Shown here piece by piece: positions 36,622 to 40,583 of a DNA stretch of 40,583 bases. Below the pieces are notes generated by a model. The model worked only from the letters and a program-made list of their open reading frames with translations. It was not told the origin of the DNA and did not search any database. Made by a program: the position numbers and the translations under genes. The first letter of the stretch is position 1, and each line of letters starts with the position of its first letter. Source of the DNA: Pseudomonadota bacterium (GTDB lineage Bacteria; Pseudomonadota; Alphaproteobacteria; Rhizobiales; CALHAX01); contig JBCBXF010000001.1 in the NCBI GenBank assembly GCA_039816705.1, positions 1-40,583 on the forward strand. Direction: 5' to 3'.

Positions 36622-37278
36622 TTACTGTGCGAGATTGACGAACTGAACGCGGCGATTTTCTGCCGCTGCAGGCGCGTCTGGCCGTTTGAGCTGCTCCTCG
36701 CCATAACCGATCGCCAGCAGATTTTCCCCATCGAGGCGGAACGTTTCGACCAGAAATCTTCGGACAGACTGCGCTCGCGCCTTTGACAGTCGAAGGTTAT
36801 AGGCATCGTCGCCGCGTGCATCGGTATGCCCGATGATCATGAAGTCTGAGCCCTGGAGCCGCGGGTCGCGTAACGCGAGCCCGAGCTTGTTGAGATCCGG
36901 CATGGAACGTGCCCGGATGTCTGACGAGCCGGTGTCGAAATAAATTTCTACATCGAGCGTTGGCAGTGCGTGGGCTGCGACCGTCTCTTGAATCTTCGCA
37001 CGGTCTTCCTGTGTTGTGCTGACCCGAGGCACGAACCCAGGTGCGCGCACTTTCGCAAGGATCGAGCGCAGTTTCGCTTTTGCGGATGGTTTCACCGTCG
37101 TCCCACCCGAGAGGCTCCGCGTTTTGACGCCGCGTGTCTTCGCAGCTTTTGGCGCTTCGAGCGATTTGATGATCGACTCTGGCGAACCGATGTCGCCCGC
37201 CAGTGCCGGGGTGCCAAGCAAGGCCGCCCCGGCAGATGCCAACAGACAGACCCGGGCCCGGGCAAAAAGGGACGTCAT
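36622..37278 (-). CDS. OmpA-family (OmpA_C-like) peptidoglycan-binding protein, secreted
   Basis: Signal peptide MTSLFARARVCLLASAGAALLGTPALAGD. OmpA_C motif IYFDTGSSDIRARSMPDL...IIGHTDARGDDAYNLRLSKARAQSVRRFLV...GYGEEQ...NRRVQFV. Confidence 0.88.
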   Translation of the reverse strand: MTSLFARARVCLLASAGAALLGTPALAGDIGSPESIIKSLEAPKAAKTRGVKTRSLSGGTTVKPSAKAKLRSILAKVRAPGFVPRVSTTQEDRAKIQETVAAHALPTLDVEIYFDTGSSDIRARSMPDLNKLGLALRDPRLQGSDFMIIGHTDARGDDAYNLRLSKARAQSVRRFLVETFRLDGENLLAIGYGEEQLKRPDAPAAAENRRVQFVNLAQ

Positions 37279-37370
37279 CGCAATGGCTCCTTCGCAAGAC
37301 TTCAAAACGTCAGCATACATGACGGGGCAAGAGTGGACACGCCAGAGCAACTCCGGCGAAGGCAAACGAC

Positions 37371-38900
37371 TTAGCGAATGTTGAAACGCCGGACTTTGCT
37401 CGTGCTTCCGTCGAAATAGGTCAGCCGAACATGCGCGGACTTCGCGCTGCGCGGCACCTTGCGATAGATGCGGGCATTCGACGGCACCGCATGCGGGTCG
37501 CGCTTGTCACACTTTGGCATCGGCCACGTCTGGAAGTCGCGCGCATCGTTGAAGGCATACTCCACCTTCGCAATGCCGCAGCGATAGCTCATCAGATGCG
37601 TGAAATACATCAGCCCTTTGTTAGAGCCGGGAAATGCGACCCACGCGGTCCAGAGCTGCTCGAGGATCTGCTTTTGGCCGCCGCGCAACGCGGCATCAGG
37701 AGAAAATTTTATCGGAAAAACGCCCGCTTCCTCACCGCGCTTGTCGCGCCATGTCACGTAGAGTGTGCCCTCGGGATGATCGCCAGGGAGAGAAAACCAT
37801 GTGACCGGCATGGGCGCACCCGTGCGTGGATCAAGCGCCGCCATATGGCCGGTGACCGTGAAGTCGCCGCTTGATTCCGTGCGATAGCCAAATTGCAAGG
37901 CTGGTTCGGGGAGGGAGACAGAGACCTGCCACCCCTGGTTCGAGCGTGTAAAATTCGCAAGCGGCTTGGCTTTGCCGGGCTTCGGCGCCGGATCGATCTT
38001 TGGAAGAACGAGCGCCGTCTCGCCTTCCTTGAACTCGCGCGTCTTGCCTGCGTCGCCCACTCCGGGCGTGCCCGGGTTGAGCCGGACCGTTCCAATGATC
38101 TGATCATAGTAGGACGGCAGCTGCGTATGCCCGACTTGCGCTGCGAGATCGCGGACCGACACCTGAGTCGCCTTGGCAATCTGCACGATGGAGAGGTTCG
38201 GTTCATCGAGTTTCTTCAGCAGCGCCCGCGTGAAGACCGAATTCGGGTCACCGTCGCCCGGACCCATCCCGTCAAGCGCCGATTGATACTGCCCGGCGGA
38301 ATAGAGGACGAAAATTCCTTCGCCGAGAGGCTGGTTTGTGAGCCCGGCTGATCCCCCGATCGAGCGTTTTCCAGGTTGCGCGAACGGATTGTCACGGCAT
38401 GCGTCGAGAATGAGTATCGCGGTCTTGGCACCGGCTTTCAGCAGCCGATCTGCCAGGTCATTGGTCATGAAGGCTTCATCGCGCACGAGCGATTCATCGC
38501 CCGGCCCGGCCTGCGGAATGTCGACGGGCAGAAGAAAATCCTGACCGGAGACAGAAAATCCGTGGCCCGCATAAAAGAAGAGCGCCAGATCGCCGGGCTG
38601 GATCTGCTTTTCAAACTGGCGCACGGCGCGGCTCATCCCGCGGCGCCCAATATTCTTTGCGGTGGTCACCTCAAAGCCGATACTGCGCAACTTCGCCGAC
38701 ATGGCATCGGCGTCGTTCACAGCCTTCTCGAGTGTCGCAATTTCCTCGTAGGCGTCGTTGCCGATCACGAGCGCGACCTTGCGCTGTTTCGCATCGGCGG
38801 TGCGCACCAACATGACCGGCAGAACCGCAAGAACAGCGAGGACGGCAACCAGCCGCCGCAGAACAGAAGGCCATTCGGCCCGTATCGTCATCGCGCGCAT
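37371..38900 (-). CDS. Secreted caspase-family (peptidase C14) protein with an uncharacterised ~215-aa C-terminal region
   Basis: Signal peptide LVAVLAVLAVLPVMLVRTADA. KVALVIGNDAY. Catalytic His in LFFYAGHG (codon 38564..38562) and catalytic Cys in ILILDACRDNPF (codon 38399..38397, checked as TGC). I chose ATG 38900, preceded by GGGAG at 7 nt. The longest ORF starts at 38921. Confidence 0.85.
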   Translation of the reverse strand: MRAMTIRAEWPSVLRRLVAVLAVLAVLPVMLVRTADAKQRKVALVIGNDAYEEIATLEKAVNDADAMSAKLRSIGFEVTTAKNIGRRGMSRAVRQFEKQIQPGDLALFFYAGHGFSVSGQDFLLPVDIPQAGPGDESLVRDEAFMTNDLADRLLKAGAKTAILILDACRDNPFAQPGKRSIGGSAGLTNQPLGEGIFVLYSAGQYQSALDGMGPGDGDPNSVFTRALLKKLDEPNLSIVQIAKATQVSVRDLAAQVGHTQLPSYYDQIIGTVRLNPGTPGVGDAGKTREFKEGETALVLPKIDPAPKPGKAKPLANFTRSNQGWQVSVSLPEPALQFGYRTESSGDFTVTGHMAALDPRTGAPMPVTWFSLPGDHPEGTLYVTWRDKRGEEAGVFPIKFSPDAALRGGQKQILEQLWTAWVAFPGSNKGLMYFTHLMSYRCGIAKVEYAFNDARDFQTWPMPKCDKRDPHAVPSNARIYRKVPRSAKSAHVRLTYFDGSTSKVRRFNIR

Positions 38901-38950
38901 TGCTCGTCTCCCACACCGCATTGATCGGTCGAAGAGATACCAACAAAAAT

Positions 38951-38980
38951 TTAACGCCAGGTTTGTGAAACGTTAACGCC
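38951..38980. repeat. Two copies of TTAACGCC spaced 22 bp start-to-start, 50-80 nt upstream of the caspase gene start
   Basis: Read directly: TTAACGCC at 38951..38958 and at 38973..38980. Confidence 0.3.
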
Positions 38981-39011
38981 GCGCAGCCTGAAACCGCCAG
39001 GCAGTGTCGCT

Positions 39012-39446
39012 TCAGCGCCGCACGCGCTCGATCTCGACACCAACCGAATGCGCATCCGCAAAAGCTTCCGGCTTTTCGATCCGCACACGTGCACCGACCA
39101 CCCGACGGTCCACCAGCGCAGTCTCTGCAAAGCGTTCTGCAAGCAGTTCGATAAGGTTGAAGTGCCGTTCGGCCGCGATCGCTTTGACCCGCCCAATCAG
39201 CTTCTCGTAGCAGACGACCTCATCAATATGGTCGTCCTCCACCTTCCCGTCTTCGAGAACCGTCAGATCAATCGAGACGATGACACGTTGCGGGGCTTCC
39301 TTTTCATGCGGATGAACCCCGACGAAGATACTGATCTCGAGATCGCGAACAAACACATGCCGCGTGCCAGCGTCGGCATCGGCCCCGCGCACGATCGGCC
39401 GTGGTGCAGATTTCAATGCAGTGACTGTCGGGCCGGACATCGGCAA
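39012..39446 (-). CDS. folB: Dihydroneopterin aldolase
   Basis: VFVRDLEISIFVGVHPHEKEAPQRVIVSIDL...VVCYEKLIGRVKAIAAERHFNLIELLAERFAE. Confidence 0.85.
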   Translation of the reverse strand: MPMSGPTVTALKSAPRPIVRGADADAGTRHVFVRDLEISIFVGVHPHEKEAPQRVIVSIDLTVLEDGKVEDDHIDEVVCYEKLIGRVKAIAAERHFNLIELLAERFAETALVDRRVVGARVRIEKPEAFADAHSVGVEIERVRR

Positions 39447-39519
39447 TGCCTTTCATGATGCGCTGTACAGACGAACGCACATTGCCCTCGTAGACAAGCT
39501 CTAAACTTTTCGCCATCGC

Positions 39520-40281
39520 TCAGGCGTCATACTTCACGTCAGGGGTCTGCCAGGCGAGGTGTTGACCGCCGTCGAGCGCGATCATCTGGCCGGTCATCGC
39601 CGGAGCGTCAAGAATGAAGCGTATCGCCGCGGCGATCTCTCCCGGTGTGGTGCCACGGTCGAGCGGCGTCGCATCGCACTGCTCGCGGAACTGCTGATCA
39701 CTCTGGTGGATGGACTGCATGGCAGGTCCGGGGCCGATCGCGTTGACCCGGACCGTCGGCGCAAGCGCCTGCGCCAGCGTCCGTGTCGCTGTCCAAAGCG
39801 CACTCTTGGAGATCGTGTAGGAGAAAAAGAGCGGCGTCAGCTTCCACACCCGCTGATCGATGATGTTGATCACATTGCCTGAGGCGCCGGCTGGCAGCTG
39901 CTTCGCAAGCGCCTGGGCGAGAAACACGGGCGCCTGAAGATTAATGTTCAGATGCTGATCCCAGAGCTCGCGCCCGAGCCCTCCCATCTCGTCGCCGATA
40001 AAGAGTGAGGCATTGTTGATGAGGCAGGTGACAGCACCAAGCGCGTCATGGCAGGCCGGCACAATCGCATCGACGGCGGACGGTTCCGACAGATCGCCGG
40101 GGATCGCGACCGCCCGCCCGCCCGCGTCGTTGATCTGGTTCACAACATCGTCCGCATCATTGGACGAGGTATTGTAATGCACGCCGACGGCCCAGCCGGC
40201 TTCAGCAAGCGAGAGCGCAATGGTCCGGCCAATGCGCTTGCCGGCACCCGTGACAAGCGCAACCCGTGTCTCGACAGTCAT
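39520..40281 (-). CDS. SDR-family oxidoreductase (pteridine reductase/FolM-like context)
   Basis: Cofactor motif ALVTGAGKRIGRTIALSL, NNAS, catalytic YTISKSALWTATRTLAQALAP, IRVNAIGPGP. Lies directly upstream of folB. Confidence 0.85.
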   Translation of the reverse strand: MTVETRVALVTGAGKRIGRTIALSLAEAGWAVGVHYNTSSNDADDVVNQINDAGGRAVAIPGDLSEPSAVDAIVPACHDALGAVTCLINNASLFIGDEMGGLGRELWDQHLNINLQAPVFLAQALAKQLPAGASGNVINIIDQRVWKLTPLFFSYTISKSALWTATRTLAQALAPTVRVNAIGPGPAMQSIHQSDQQFREQCDATPLDRGTTPGEIAAAIRFILDAPAMTGQMIALDGGQHLAWQTPDVKYDA

Positions 40282-40307
40282 GATGAGGCGGTTCCGATCG
40301 CGTGATC

Positions 40308-40583
40308 TCAGTATGTCAGCGCGAAATAGACGAACGCGCCATAGAGCGCGAGGAAGAACAGCCCGGCGACGCGCGATATCTCAATACGTCGCAGCGCGAA
40401 CGGCCCAAGCAACAACGCCGATGCAAGCATAATCCATACATCGACCTTCAGCATATGCGGACCAGCCGCGAGAGGCGCGACGAATGCCGTGATGCCGACA
40501 ATCGAGAGAATATTGAAGATGTTGCTGCCGAGCACACTGCCGATAATGAGCCCGCTTTCCCGGCGAAACGCGGCGGCCGTGGC
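40308..40583 (-). CDS. Ca2+/Na+ antiporter (CaCA/YrbG-like), C-terminal part only (the start lies beyond the right edge)
   Basis: My translation from the window edge gives ATAAAFRRESGLIIGSVLGSNIFNILSIVGITAFVAPL..., the second alpha-repeat signature (GSNIFNIL) of sodium/calcium exchanger proteins. The stop is at 40308. Confidence 0.75.
   Translation of the reverse strand, partial: ATAAAFRRESGLIIGSVLGSNIFNILSIVGITAFVAPLAAGPHMLKVDVWIMLASALLLGPFALRRIEISRVAGLFFLALYGAFVYFALTY

Noticed and set aside
38941-38985. CtrA box (TTAA-N7-TTAAC) upstream of the caspase gene
   Set aside because: TTAAC occurs twice, but the spacing (17 nt between the pentamers) does not fit the CtrA consensus. It is reported only as a generic direct repeat.

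Overview
High-GC chromosomal segment with alphaproteobacterial (Hyphomicrobiales/Rhodobacterales-like) gene content and synteny. I support 37 CDS (two cut by the window edges), one tRNA(CAT), and several short repeats or hairpins. Most genes are core housekeeping. These include uvrC-pgsA-moaD-moaE, hemF, ilvE, cca, folB, a MarR/OmpR-type regulator/EnvZ-like kinase locus, a MoxR-DUF58-BatA_N/DUF4159 operon, and a tandem pair of fused ABC exporters. I found no transposase, integrase, CRISPR array, rRNA or prophage signal, and no canonical defence system. The parts worth a second look are: (a) a secreted caspase-like (C14) protease with an unassignable ~215-aa C-terminal region, placed upstream of an OmpA-like peptidoglycan-binding protein; (b) a sensor-less minimal histidine kinase, an AraC regulator and a 1-Cys peroxiredoxin sitting between the MoxR operon and the DUF1285-Nudix-cca operon; (c) the four-gene MoxR operon itself, which is translationally coupled and has no defined function; (d) a glycosyltransferase pair convergent with a DsbA-like/AGE-epimerase/DUF805 chain, preceded by a 390-bp ORF-free region carrying a perfect 15-bp tandem repeat; (e) a SIMPL protein and a patatin-like lipoprotein next to the tRNA; (f) tandem ABC paralogues whose homology continues past the stop codon. 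All family calls come from motif recognition by eye on the supplied or self-made translations. No database search was run. Many long ORFs in the track are antisense artefacts typical of high-GC DNA and were rejected.
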